Positions 26,022 through 38,918 of a stretch of DNA of 64,000 nt are shown piece by piece (the first letter of the stretch is position 1; each line of letters opens with the position of its first letter). The notes beneath the pieces were generated by a model. That model searched no databases and had not been told where the DNA came from. It worked only from the letters and a program-made list of their open reading frames with translations. The stretch is taken from the NCBI RefSeq assembly GCF_028641065.1, contig NC_073410.1, positions 6,882,001 through 6,946,000 of the forward strand, given 5' to 3'. The stretch is from Leucoraja erinacea (taxonomy: Eukaryota). The position numbers and the translations under genes were made by a program.

Positions 26022-28052
26022 CTGAAACAAAGAGAAATTAATTTACATTTATTTATCCCAGCTTTTTCATCCTCGTTTCAGCGATGGATTTCTTAACCGT
26101 GCCATCGTTCGCTTTATTCTGTACACACCAAGGGTAGGTCAGCAGAGGGGTGACAATGAAGAGTCCACTACAGATCGCTGGAGAAGGGACCAAGTCCTCA
26201 CAAAGGCAGACACCGGGGCTAAAGCTCACTGCCATCTTTTACACACCAGCCCAGATTGCGGCTGTTTGGGGAAAAGCTTCGGCGCCCTCCAGGTCCCTCG
26301 GAGCTGACAATGGAGGAGAGCAGCGTTGAGACCCTTCACATAGACATGCTGGGCCAAATGGCAAGTTCCCATGCCGTGTTCTTCTGCAATGGAACAAGAC
26401 CCACACACTGCAACAGTGGCTGCACGTCGACAAGTATGTCGGTGAGTACGGGCGGCACAGTGGTGCTAATGACCCAGTGATGGGTCAAGGACCCAGCTGA
26501 TGATCCTGATCCCTTGGTGCTTTCTGTGTGGAGTTTGCATGTTTTCCCAGCACCAACATGCACTTCCTGTTGGTACTCTGCCCCCCCTCATACCCCAAAG
26601 GTTGGTTGGTTAAGTAGCTGCTGTAAATTTGCCTCCTGTGTAGAGGTTAGGGTAATCAATTGGTGAGGGAAGAACAAAATAAGATGTGTAAAATGCCCGC
26701 TTGATGGTCAGCATGGACTTGGTGGGCCGAAGGGTCTGTTTCCATGTTTTATGAATCGTTAATTATGACTATATAATATGTCCTGAGGCAGGGAAAGACT
26801 TTACACAAGCCCGTCATTCTTTTTACACAGACATTGATGTATGTCACATTGGTTTCTGCAGCAGTGTTGCTCATTTGCAAGTTGAAACAGGTTGTCAGAA
26901 AGCAATTGCTCCAGTTCCTTTCATGCAGAGCTAGTATTTCATTCAAGTCAAACTGTGACACTAGTACCACTGTGACCATCTGTAGACACAAGAAGCCCAG
27001 CTGCACGCTCAGGTAGACGCCAAGCAACAAGCTGTGTCTTTGAGAGGTAACACCAGTCCAGCAGTTTTGTGGACAACGGAACAACAATCCACCTGACTCC
27101 CCCAACGTTTGGACATTTAGTGATCATTGCTTGACCCAGCTCCAAATCAAGAGATGCTCACCAGAGCCAGGAGAAACAAGTGATCTCGTTAAACGAGTCT
27201 GGAGGAGGGAATCCACCCGAAACGTCACCCATTCCTTCTCTCAAATGTCACACCCATTCCTTGCCTGCCCCGCTGAGTTACGCCAGCATTTTGTGCCTAT
27301 CTTTGGTTAAAAGAAGAGGTTGCACAGACTTGGATTGTTTTCTCTGCAATGCCAGAGACTGAGGGGAGATTGATATAGAAGTCCATAAAAATATGGGAGG
27401 CTTAGAGAGGGTAAGCAGTCAGAACTGGGGGGTTTAGAGGACATAGCTTTATGGTTAGAGGGGGAAAGTGTAAAGGAGACGTGTGGGGCAAGTTTTTACA
27501 TAGGGTGTCTGGAACATGCCACGAGGTGTGGCGGAGAAGGCAGATATGATGGATGTGTTTAGGAGGATTTTAGATGGGCACATGGATATCAAAGTCAAAG
27601 TCAAATGTATTCATCACATGCACCCGAAGGTGCAGTGAAATGAATTTGCCAGCAGCGATACACTTAAAAAAAGAACAAACAATACACAATAGAATTTAAC
27701 ACAAACATCCACCACAGCATTCTTCACGGTGGAAGGCAAGAAAGTTCAGCCAGTCGTCCTCCTTTGTTCATCCGTGGTCGGGGCTATAAACCCTCCGTAG
27801 TCGTACGGATGGCCCAATGTACAGGCCATCGTGTTCACTGCACACATCGTGGGTCAAAGGGCTTGAATTCTATGCTAGACTATAATATGTTCTATGATTA
27901 TTTCATTCATATTTATTGGCCATTGAACCAGCTCTAATCAACTGATTTAATAGGATTTGAGTTAATTTCTAGATATCTATTTCATTGATCTCAAGTGAAT
28001 GCATTCAGTAAGGGATTCAGTTGGGCAGCTCAGTGATCCAGCGGTAGAGTTA

Positions 28053-28224
28053 AGGGCCTGTCCCACTTGGACGTCATTTGTGCGTGATTTACGCGACATA
28101 ATTACGTGTCACGACGCACGGTGCACGATGACATAGGCAGTAACGCACGGCCGCGCGCGGAGTCGCAAAATCTTCGCTCGCCATCTGCGTGACCCGCAAA
28201 TGACGGCCAAGTGGGACAGGCCCT
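28053..28224. mobile_element. Harbinger-like MITE (internal family D) in a V-SINE head
   Basis: TIR AGGGCCTGTCCCACTTGG / CCAAGTGGGACAGGCCCT with TSD TTA; host reads gtagag-TTA-ctgc. Related copy at 37715-37894. Confidence 0.86.
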
Positions 28225-30241
28225 TTACTGCTTAACAGCACCAGAGACCTGGGTTCGATCCTGACTACAGGTGCTGTCCGGACGGAGTTTGTACGTTCTC
28301 CCCGTGGGTTTTCTTGGGGTGCTCCGGTTTCCTCCCACACTCCAAAGACGTGAAGGTCTGTACGTTAATTGTCTTCTGTAAATTGTCCCCAGTGTGTAAG
28401 ACAGAACTAGTGTATGGGTGATAGCTTGTTGACATGGACTCGGTGGGCTGAAGGGTTTTTGCCACACAGTTACTCCAGCACTTTGTGCTTTATTTAATCT
28501 TCACTTGTGTTATTTGCAGCAGTTTGTTATGTACTAATTGGCCAGAAAGTTACCTGCGGGGGATAAAGGTGACCATGTATTAAAAGGTCCTTTAGACTAT
28601 AAACCACTTTTCAACATCCCCAGATTGTAAAAGGCAGTATATAAAATCCAAGTCTTTCACAAGCACAGAGGTCAAATTTAGCCACAATAAATGAATATTA
28701 CAAATGCATCGAGTCAAATGGCATCATCTCTCTCTGATGCCGGAAGTCATTAATGGCTGCAAATTAAATTCTAAATAAATGAATAATAAATGACGCTGAC
28801 TTCTAGGTTATTTGTCATTGCCTCTGATTAATATGCTAACATTGATAAAGATGGCAACCAAATTGCCTGCAATCACATCCTGCTGCACAAAAAGCAAATC
28901 CACTCAAATTAATTTTAATGTTGATTTGTCTTTGTACAACTTCTCCTATTGATTGCCTTTTTTTGCAGTTAGCATTTTGCATGTTCTACAGATTTCCTCG
29001 CACTGAAATCATTTCAGTGAAATGTACACTCTTGCATCTCGCTCTCCCTCCCTGAATCAATACCTTCTGAACCTTCTGAATGTTGTTGTCAGCAGGGCAG
29101 TACTCTGCACATCGCCAACTTGGACAATTTTACATTTTTTTATCAAGCCAACCAGCGATCCCCGCACACTAACACCATCCTACACCCACCAGGGACAATT
29201 TTTACATTTACCAAGCCAATTGATTTACAAACTTGTACGTCTGGAGTGTGGGAGGAAACCGAAGATCTCAGAGAAAACCTACGCAGGTCACGGGGAGATC
29301 GTACAAACTCCATGCAAATAGCACCCGTAGTCGGGATCAAACCCGGGTCTCTAGTGCTGCAATTTGATGTAAGGCAGCAACTCTACCACCGTGCCACAAT
29401 AAGACAATCATCTCTCTCTCTCTCTCTGCAATTTCACAATTGGTCTCGGCAATTTCACAATTATCCATAATTTGGATACGATCTCTCGCTCATATCCACA
29501 GTATGGCAAATCATATTTCACTGTATCCCGGTACACGTGACAATAATGAACCATTGAAGTCTACAAGACGTCGGAGAGGCCACATCTGGAGCATATCTGG
29601 AGACATAAATGACACATAAATGGCACAAGACAGCGAGAAGAGAAAAACTGCAAGAAAAATATATTTGTGCCAGAATACACAATTAGGAAACAAGTCCATG
29701 GCAGTACAAGAGTTGGCCCTGCCTCAAATTGTAAACTCCACCCAATGGACACATAGCCTGTCCAACGTCTCCTCATCAGCCCACACAATCATTTCAGGTA
29801 CTCTTCTTTACGACAGTGTGATCGCATCAGGGAAATGAAAGGTGGGATTTGGTCAGCTTCCCATGCCCAAGAGAATTCCCCCCGGCTCCCTGTGTGTACC
29901 TGTAAAGGGAAGGGAGCAAGGGGGTGGCAAGGTGGTGCAGTGGTAGAGCAACTGCTTCACAGCGCCAGACTCCTGGGTTCGATCCTGACTACGGGTGCTG
30001 TCTGTACGGAGTTTGTACGTTCTCCCCGTGAACTGCGTTGGTTTTCTCCATGTAGCTACGGTTACCTCCCACAGTCCAAAGACGTGCAGGTTTGTAGGTT
30101 AATTGGCTTCTGTAAATTGTAGATTGTCGCTAGTGTATAGGATCGTGCTAGCGTATAGGGGTGATCACCGAAGGGCGTGTTTCTGCACGATGTTCGGGCT
30201 AACGGAACCAAGGGATATGGGGAGAAAGCAGGAACGGGGTA

Positions 30242-31112
30242 CAAGTGCACAACCTTTTATCCAAAAGCCTTGGGACCAGACACTTCTCGGATTTTGGAAT
30301 TTTTCGGATTTCCGAATGGAAGATTTTTAGCGTAGATTAGGTAGGTAGCGCGGGCGGCTTGAAAAGTCTGGAGCGGCTGCCTCCTCCCCGGAGACCGGGG
30401 AATCATTGTAAATCATTGCTTAAATGTTAGTCAGTTAGTTTGGAGGGATTTTATGTGATGGGGGGGGGGGGGGGGTGAAGGGGGAAACTTTAATTCTTAG
30501 TCCCCTACCTGGTCGGAGAGGCGGGGAGCGGGCAATGCCTTACCGGGTCGCCGTGCAGTAAGCTCCGGAGCGCTGTGGCCGCCGACTCCCAACATCGCGG
30601 AGCTGGGGGCTGCGGGAATCCGGCCACGGGCCGCGCTGGATTTGGAGCGCCGTGCAGCCAGGGGTAGAGTTGCCGGGGTCAGAGCTACAACCGGCGCCGC
30701 CCGCGGCCGGACGCCCGCAGCCCCAGCTCCGCGATGTTGGGAGTCGGCGGCCACAGCGCTCCGGAGCTTACTGCACGGCGACCCGGTAAGGCATTGCCCG
30801 CTCCCCGCCTCTCCGACCAGGTAGGGGACTAAGAATTAAAGTTTTCCCTTTCACCCGCCCCCCCTCACATAAAAGCCCTCCAAACTAACTGACTAACATT
30901 TAAGCAATGATTTACAGATGTTTAAGTGTCTCCCCGGTCTCCGGGGAGGAGGCAGCCGCTACAGTAGTACAGACCTGGGTTGACCGTGGGTCGTTTCGGG
31001 TCAAGTTTGGCGCCAAACGCGAGCTTTGGTGCGCAGACGACATCCTGGAAAAAATGTCCGGTTTTCGGAGCTTTTCAGTTTCCGGAACTCCGGATAAAAG
31101 GTTGTGTACCTG
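30242..31112. mobile_element. Tc1/mariner (Tigger4/Zombi-like ends) non-autonomous element with a large internal palindrome
   Basis: TIRs CAAGTGCACAACCTTTTATCC / GGATAAAAGGTTGTGTACCTG, TA duplication (30240-41 / 31113-14), inserted in a CR1 3' UTR (ggaacggggTActg). The interior is GC-rich and self-complementary. Confidence 0.87.
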
Positions 31113-31246
31113 TACTGGTTTTGGATGATCAGCCATGATCGTATTGAATGGTGGGGTTGGTTCGAAGGGCCAAATTGCCCACTGCTGCACTTATTTTCTA
31201 CATCGATGTTTCCGTGTCTCTAAAGTGTAATGATAATGAATCATAC

Positions 31247-31441
31247 CGTTGCATTGACTTGTAGCTGGTAGGCTCGAGTGGTCTCATAATCCAGGGGTCT
31301 TTGGACAGTCACCACTCCCCTGGCACCGTCAATGGTGAAGAAGCGTGATGGAGGCTGGAAGGAATACAGCACACTGCCCCCGGTTCCCTGATCGCGGTCC
31401 GTGGCATTCACTATGAATATCGGTGTCCCTGTCGGTGTGTT
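31247..31441 (-). CDS. CDH23: Cadherin-23 coding exon (equivalent to human c.430-624; core of EC2)
   Basis: Inside ORF 31241..31447(-). Acceptor ...tcttccttgcag|AAC, donor ACG|gtatga; 195 nt. NTPTGTPIFIVNATDRDQGTGGSVLYSFQPPSRFFTIDGARGVVTVQRPLDYETTRAYQLQVNAT has the DxD and LDYE cadherin motifs and closely matches CDH23 EC2. Confidence 0.97.
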
Positions 31442-31546
31442 CTGCAAGGAAGAGAAAGGAAAGACTTAACACAAAAGCATCCACAAAAAAAACCCAGCGA
31501 AATACCTATGAGTAACTTCTGACTTTTTTCAAAAGTGAAGATAGAC

Positions 31547-31838
31547 AGGGGCCACAGTTTAAGAATACGGAGTAAGCCATTTAGAACGGAGACGAGGAAA
31601 CACTTTTTCTCACAGAGAGTGGTGAGTCTGTGGAATTCTCTGCCTCAGAAGGCGGTGGAGGAAGGTTCTCTGGATGCTTTCAAGGGCTAGATAGGGCTCT
31701 TAAAAATAGCAGAGTCAGGGGATATGGGGAGAAGGCAGGAACGGGGTACTGATTGGGGATGATCAGCCTTGATCACATTGAATGGCGGTGCTGGTTCGAA
31801 GGGCCAAATGGCCTACTCCTGCACCTATTGTCTATTGA
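31547..31838 (+). mobile_element. CR1 3' fragment (second subfamily, ctattgt tail)
   Basis: GHSLRIR..FRTETRKHFFSQRVVSLWNSLPQK coding remnant plus 3' UTR; related copy at 59748-59985(-). Confidence 0.85.
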
Positions 31839-32743
31839 CACAAAATGCTGGAGTAACTGTGCGGGACAGGCAGCATCGCTGGGGAGAAGGAATGGGTCAA
31901 GATTCTTCTTCAGACTGAAGAAGGGTCTCGACCCGAAACGTCACTCATTCCTTCTCTCCAGAGTTGCTGCCTGTCCCGCAGAGTTACTCCAGCATTTCCC
32001 GTCTATCTTCGGTTTCAACCAGCATCTGCAGTTCCTTCCTACACATGTACTCAAAAGTGCGCAGATGTTGGAAAACTGAAATAAAACACAACCAATATGT
32101 CAGGCAGCATCCGCCAAGAGTGAAATTTAATATTTCATGTCGAACAACTTTGATTCATTCCTCAACTGGAACTAAAAACTGCTTCTCTCCTCACACATGC
32201 TGCTTGCCTTTCAATGCCATTGCAGAGTTGCCAGATTTCACATCACCTTACTTCTGTTGGTAAAATTACAGAAAAAGATTCAAAAGATAAAATTAATTAA
32301 CTCAGCAAATTGTCACATACAACAAACAAAAAAAAAAATCACATAACGACCACTTTTCGAGCTGAAAACTGCCCAAGATTTTTTTTTTTTGCACCATAAT
32401 TTCCTGGAGAGGTGTCTCAGATAATTGTCCATTTTCTTGCGTGTTTGAGGTAAGGTTCGTATTATAAGTTGCTAAGTTCTAGCGGATCAAGGGCATTCAG
32501 CCAATACCCAATGATAGTTCCAGTAATGAGTTGTAGGAGCAGTTATAGGCAGAGATGCTGCCTTACAATGCTAGGGCCCCGGGTTCGATCCTGACCACAG
32601 TTGCTATCTGTAACATGGTTTGTGCGTTCTCCCCGTGACCTGTGTATGTTTTCTCTGGAAACTCCGTCCTCCCACACTCCAAAGACGTACAGGTTTGTAG
32701 GTTAATTGGCTTGGTATCAATGTAAATCGTCACTAGTGTGTGT

Positions 32744-33290
32744 AGATTCAGATTCAGATTCAGATTCAATTTTAATTGTCATTGTCAGTGTACAGTACAG
32801 AGACAACGAAATGCATTTAGCATCTCCCTTGAAGAGCGACATAGCAAACGATTTGAATAAAAAATAATAAGTGTCCGAGGGGGGGTGATTGGCAGTCACC
32901 GAGGTACGTTGTTGAGTAGAGTGACAGCCGCCGGAAAGAAGCTGGTCCTCGACCTGCTGGTTCGGCAACGGAGAGACCTGTAGCGCCTCCCGGATGGTAG
33001 GAGGGTAAACAGTCCATGGTTGGGGTGAGAGCAGTCCTTGGCGATGCTGAGCGCCCTCCGCAGACAGCGCTTGCTTTGGACAGACTCAATGGAGGGGAGC
33101 GTGGAACTGGTGATGCGTTGGGCAATTTTCACCACCCTCTGCAATGCCTTCCGGTCGGAGACAGAGCAGTTGCCATACCATACTGTGATGCAGTTGGTAA
33201 GGATGCTCTCGATGGTGCAGCGGTAGAAGTTCACCAGGATCTGAGGAGACAGATGGACCTTCTTCAGTCTCCTCAGGAAGAAGAGACGCT
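32744..33290 (-). mobile_element. Rex1/Babar LINE 3' fragment nested in a V-SINE (about 32545-33380)
   Basis: ORF 32896..33234(-) NFYRCTIESILTNCITVWYGNCS...LPSGRRYRS; (tgaatc)n tail; near-identical to 13365-13702. Confidence 0.9.
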
Positions 33291-35033
33291 GAGGATAGTG
33301 TTGATGGGCGGGGTCGCTGGTCGGCGCGCACTCGGTGGGCCGATGGACTTGTTTCCGCGCTGTATCTCCAAGCTAAACTATATTAGGCCATTCGGCTCGT
33401 CAAGTCTACTCTTCATTCAATCATGGCTGATCTATCTCTCCCCCCTAACCCCATTCTCCTGCCCTTGCCCCATAGCCCCTGACACCCGTACTAATCAAAA
33501 CCTGTCAATCTCCACCTTAAAGGTATCCATTTACTTGGCCTCCATAGACAGCCGTCTGTGGCAATGAATTCCACAGATTCACCACCCTCTGACTGAAGAC
33601 ATTCCTTCTCATCTGCTTTCTAAAGGTACATCCTTTTATTCTTGTGGTTGGAAGCTGCCGGAAGTTGTCGATTGTTCGGCCAGTACAATTGGACACGGGG
33701 ACAATGGCAGGGGTGAGGGATAACGGGAAAATCAAGCATTGTTAATGAATTAATTAAAAAACCAAGCAAGAAATTTTTAATCTGCAAAACCACCCACTTC
33801 AATTCCTGAATCAATGGAGCTCCTTCCTCATAACTGTTAACTCTCTTGGACAGAGTTGACATGCAATCAATTCCATAAATCATACATAAACTATTGATTA
33901 TCAGACTGGATAATCCTGTTCAAATACACCAACTTTTAGAAATGAAACTGCCAAAGAAATTAGCAATGGCAGGGATAATCTGTCCGTCATATATGAGAAG
34001 TGCCACTCTTTACTTGTTGGCCCTCCAAGCAACTTAGATTGGTTCCTGGGAAATTCTGACCCACCTTCAAACCCCGAGTCGAATTGGAAATCAAACAAAT
34101 TGCAGATGTTGGAAATCTGAAATAAAAACAGAAAATGCTGGAAAACGCCTCCTGTAGATCCCTTAGATGGTGGGGAGGTGGGGAGGGTGTGATGGACCGG
34201 GCAGATTACTTTTTGTAATCTCCTTAATACCTGGGACTTTGAGCTGCCAGACCAGGCCGTGGTTGATATTTCCACCTGGAAGAACAGTTCTGACTCTCTA
34301 TTCTATCGATGGTGCAATGAAATGAGGGATAAAAATGCAATCACTGGAAAGAAAGGTCAAGTTTAAAATGATCAGATGGCTTTAAGATCTTTCCAACTTC
34401 CCAGAGCTTATGTGCATTTTCCTTGAACTTAGCCCACTTTGATGTCCCAGTTTCACACCTTACCCCTCCTTATCTCTGTGTCTCCTCCCCCCGACTCTCA
34501 GTCTGAAGAAGGGTCTCGGCCCGAAACGCCACCCATTCCTTCTCTCCAGAGACGCTGCCTGTCCCGCTGAGTTACTCCAGCATTTTGTGTCTATTTTCCG
34601 CAGTTGGTGTTGCTTCTTGACTATATTTTATTTTAATTACCGCCCCGCAGGGCATTTCCATGCACATAAATCATGCATTGTTCCACTGCTCACAGTCTTT
34701 GTTGTATTATTTATTTGAATCGTACACTGCACCTGTTGGTTGTAGTTCTAACTGGAGACATTTTCAATGAGGCAAAAGGCAACACCAATAAAATCAGCCA
34801 CGGAAAGAAATTCACAGTCGTGCAACATGTAAATAGTTCCGTGTAAGAAGGAACTACAGATGCGGGTTTAAACCACAGATTGACACAAAAAGCAGGAGTA
34901 ACTCATCGGGACAGGCAGCATCTCTGGAGAGATGGAATAGTGAGTCTCTTTCTCAAATCTCTCCCAACATACACTCTCTGTATTTTTACTTGCTGCACTC
35001 AACGCTGGATGGAGTCAGTTTGAATTTTCCTCA

Positions 35034-35331
35034 AGGCTCTGACCCACGGTACGAGTTTATCCAAGAGCTCTCCCGAGTTTAAAAAAAAAATCAAACTCAT
35101 GGTAAGTATGTAGAATGTACGTAGCGGGTACGTCGGAGCTCGTGGATGTCTCGTAGCGGCTTGTAATGCTAACGGCAGGTACTCGGGAAACGCGGAAACT
35201 CGTGACGTTTTTTCAACAGTGTGAAAAATTTCCAAGAGTAGAAAAATACTCGTGATGAAGTACCACGAGTTTGATTTTTTTTTTAAACTCGGGAGAGCTC
35301 TTGGGTAAACTCGCATCATGGGACAGGGCCT
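35034..35331. mobile_element. Harbinger-like MITE (family A variant)
   Basis: Diverged TIRs aggctctgacccac...tgggacagggcct; subterminal IR caagagctctcccgagtttaaaaaaaaaatcaaactc. Confidence 0.75.
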
Positions 35332-36917
35332 TAACACTGCCTCTGCTCTGCTTCTTGTGAGCGACTGGCTGACTGACTGCCACTGAATACACAAACACCA
35401 ATGTTGTATTCAAAGTGATGCCTCGATGTGCAGTCACATGTGGCCAGTACTGGGAGATAAAGCCCAGCCAGCATACCCAGGCAAAACTGTAGATCGGGAG
35501 ATGAAATTTAAGAGTTTAATAGAACAGAGGCTTATTAAAAAAAAAAAAAAAAAAATCCAATTTCTAAGATCAGGCGATCGATTTGAAAGGTCAGATCTAA
35601 GGAGAAGGTAGAGAGGTGCAGAATGCAGAGTAGAGACGGGAGAGAAATAAAGAGCAGGAGCCTGGAGAGTTCAGACAATCGCAGCACTCGGGGAGGAAGG
35701 TAACACTTCATCAACCCACACGAGGGGGAGAGAGCACAATCTATAAAAACTATAAAAATGGGGGAAACATGAGCCAATAAATGGAAAACCAATGTGATAC
35801 CAACCAAGAGATTTTGCTTGCCACTACAATACATATTGCTGCAGGCCGTAGACAATGGAGGGAGTATTTAGGGGAGGCACAGTGTCGCAGCGGTAGAGTT
35901 GCTGCCTTACAACCACCAGTGATGGGGGTTCGATCCAGACCACGGATGCTGTCCGCACGGTATTTATACGTTCTTCCTGTGACCACCTGGGTCTGCCACA
36001 GAAGGTAGTTGAGGCCAGTTCATTGGCTATATTTAAGAGGGAGTTAGATGTGGCCCTTGTGGCTAAGGGGATCAGGGGGTATGGAGAGAAGGCAGGTACA
36101 GGACACCGAGTTGGATGATCAGCCATGATCATATTGAATGGCGGTGCAGGCTCGAAGGGCCGAATGACCTACTCCTGCACCTATTTTCTATGTTTCACCG
36201 GGTGCTCCGGTTTCCTCCCACATTCCACAGATGTGCGGGTTCCTTGGTTGATTTGAACTCGCAATGACCCAGTCTCAAGCCCCTCATGTGGCATCTGCTG
36301 AGATACCACTGGGCAGACTGGCAAGGTTGCACCCTCAATCAAATATTCTGAACACAATGGCCACCAATATTGGAACATAACAGCACAAGATATAAGAGCA
36401 AGAATACGCCATATGTTTCCTGATCCTGTTGCACCCTTCAATAAGATCGTGGCTGATCTGGCCTTCTTTCCTGACTGGCCCTAAAATCTTTGGTGCCCCT
36501 AAGCCGACCATCTGAATATACTCCAGGCCATGATGCAAAGACTCTCCAGAGTGGAGAATTGCCAAGGCCCAATTACCAGGGAAGACATGTGTAGGAAGGA
36601 ACTGCAGATGCTGGTTTAAACCGTAGATAGACACAAAATGCTGGAGTAACTCAACGGGACAGGCAGCTTCTCTGGAGAGAAGGAATGGGTTACATTTCGA
36701 GTCAAGACCCTACTTCAGACTGGTTAGGGATAAGGGAAAGGGATGGGATGGGGGGGAGGGGGGGGGGGGGAGGGCTGACATAATTTCTGGTTGGAATCTT
36801 TCTTCAAACTGAATACCACTCCCCACCCCATGTTCATAAGCAGCCCCTGGACATCCATCCATGACCTTGCTGGCACAAAGGTCCAAGGAAAGATGCCTAC
36901 TGTCTCTATTCAGTGCA

Positions 36918-37211
36918 AACACGGTGCCGCAGCGGTAGATTTGCTGCCTTACAGCGCCAGAGACACAAGTTCTATCCTGACTACGGGTGCTTGGCTGTAC
37001 ACAGTTTGTACGTTCTCCCTGAGACGAGACCTGCGTGGGTTTTCCCCGAGTGCTCCACTTCCCTCCCACACTCCAAAGACTGGCAGGTTTGTAGGTTAAT
37101 CGGCTTCGGTGAAAAAAATGTAAATTGTCCCTAGAGTTTTAGTGGATGGGGATCGCTGGTCGGCACGGACTGAGTGGCCTGTTTCCGCGCTGTATTTCTA
37201 AACTAAACTAA
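36918..37211 (+). mobile_element. V-SINE (HE1-like)
   Basis: tRNA head, V-domain, ctaaactaaact tail. Confidence 0.85.
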
Positions 37212-38178
37212 GCTCTCTCCCCTCAAGGGATGGAACGCTAAAAGATGATCAGACATACTGCGTAAACAGGTCATTGAAAGATTAAATCTATCAAATGTAA
37301 AACAAATGTATCAAGAATAATACAATGCAGCCTTGGAGTCAGTACTTCCAGTTATGGGTGCTTTTAAAGACCCCAATTTAAAATGTTTTTTCGCTGTTAC
37401 AGGAAAACACAAGCAATTGAAATCCTTTGGACTGGAAGACCTGTACGTCTTTAAATCAATTTCGAAACAAAAACAGCTTTCATCCACGAGAAATGAATTG
37501 CATTGTAAATGGAAACTTGAAGCTTGAAGAAACTATTTATTTTGTGCTGGCTAACAATATAATGAATTAAGAAAACAGAAAGGAAGAAAAAAAAAATCAC
37601 ACCAGCCAGGCTGTACAAGAGCACAAGTCAAATGGGATTCACTGCTAATTAATGGACACATTATTCCATCCTATCCCAGAAATTCCCTTTGTTCCTGAAC
37701 TTTAAAAAAACCTCAGGGCCTGTCCCACTTGGGCGTCATTTACGCAACATAATGTACGCGTCACGAGGCGCTACACGCGCATGGTACGTGGTGACATAGG
37801 CAGTGACGCGCGGCGCCCCAGGATTTTGGGATGTACAAAATCTTCGCACGCCATCTGCTTGATGTGAAAATGACGCCCAAGCGGGACAAGCCCTTACCAC
37901 GACCAACCTGTTTCTCTCTAGTATAGTTCCAACGAAGGGTCTTTGACCTGAAACGTTCACCGTTCCTCACCGATCTAATGAATTTTTCAAACATTTTCTA
38001 TTTTTATTCAAGAGACTTGCTAGAGATGAGTGATAATAATAGTAATATTAATAGTAGTAGTAATAATAATAATGAGTTATTTGTCATTCGAACATATAAG
38101 TATACATTTGAACGAAGTGCCGTTCGTCACAGGGCTGAGGTGCAAGGTGCGTAGAGGTTGATATTGATATAAGGTGCC

Positions 38179-38918
38179 GGTGTGTGTGTTCCAGGTGAGG
38201 TGTGTGTGTGTTCCAGGTGAGGTGTGTGTGTGTTCCAGGTGAGGTGTGTGTGTGTGTTCCAGGTGAGGTGTGTGTGTGTTTCCAGGTGAGGTGTGTGTGT
38301 GTGTTCCAGGTGAGGTGTGTGTGTTCTAGGTGAGGTGTGTGTGTGTTCCAGGTGAGGTGTGTGTGTGTGTTCCAGGTGAGGTGTGTGTGTTCCAGGTGAG
38401 GTGTGTGTGTGTGTTCTAGTGTGAGGTGTGTGTGTTCCAGGTGAGGTGTGTGTGTGTTTTAGGTGAGGTGTGTGTGTTCCAGGTGAGGTGTGTGTGTGTT
38501 TTTGGGTGATGTGTGTGTGTTCCAGGTGAGGCCTGTGTGTTCCAGGTGAGGTGTGTGTGTTCCAGGTGTGGTGTGTGTGTGTCAGGTGTGTGGTGTGTGG
38601 TGAGGTGTGTGTGTGTGTTCCAGGTGAGGTGTGTATGTTCCAGGTGAGGTGTGTGTGTGTTCTAGGTGAGGTGTGTGTGTTCTAGGTGAGGTGTGTGTGT
38701 TCTAGGTGAGGTGTATGTGTTCCAGGTGAGGTGTGTGTGTGTTTTAGGTGAGGTGTGTGTGTTCCAGGTGAGGCGTGTGTGTGTGTTCCAGGTGAGGTGT
38801 GTGTGTTCCAGGTGAGGTGTGTGTGTTCCAGGTGAGGTGTGTGTGTGTTCCAGGTGAGGTGTGTGTGTTGTTCTAGGTGAGGTGTGTGTGTTCTAGGTGA
38901 GGTGTGTGTGTGTGTGTG
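38179..38918. repeat. Compound minisatellite [ttccaggtgag(gt)4-6]n, roughly 30-35 units, inside a decayed Rex1-like 3' end (about 38030-39113, minus)
   Basis: Directly visible tandem units of about 20-24 bp with a variable GT tract. The right flank translates (-) KASNIIKDSSYPSHGLFAPLPSGMRY; the left flank is a (taa)n tail. Confidence 0.93.

Noticed and set aside
30374-30959. CpG-island promoter
   Set aside because: The GC-rich block lies wholly inside a TA-flanked TIR element inserted in a CR1 tail.
38179-38918. CRISPR-like array
   Set aside because: The intervals are just variable GT tracts, not unique spacers; eukaryotic context and no cas genes.
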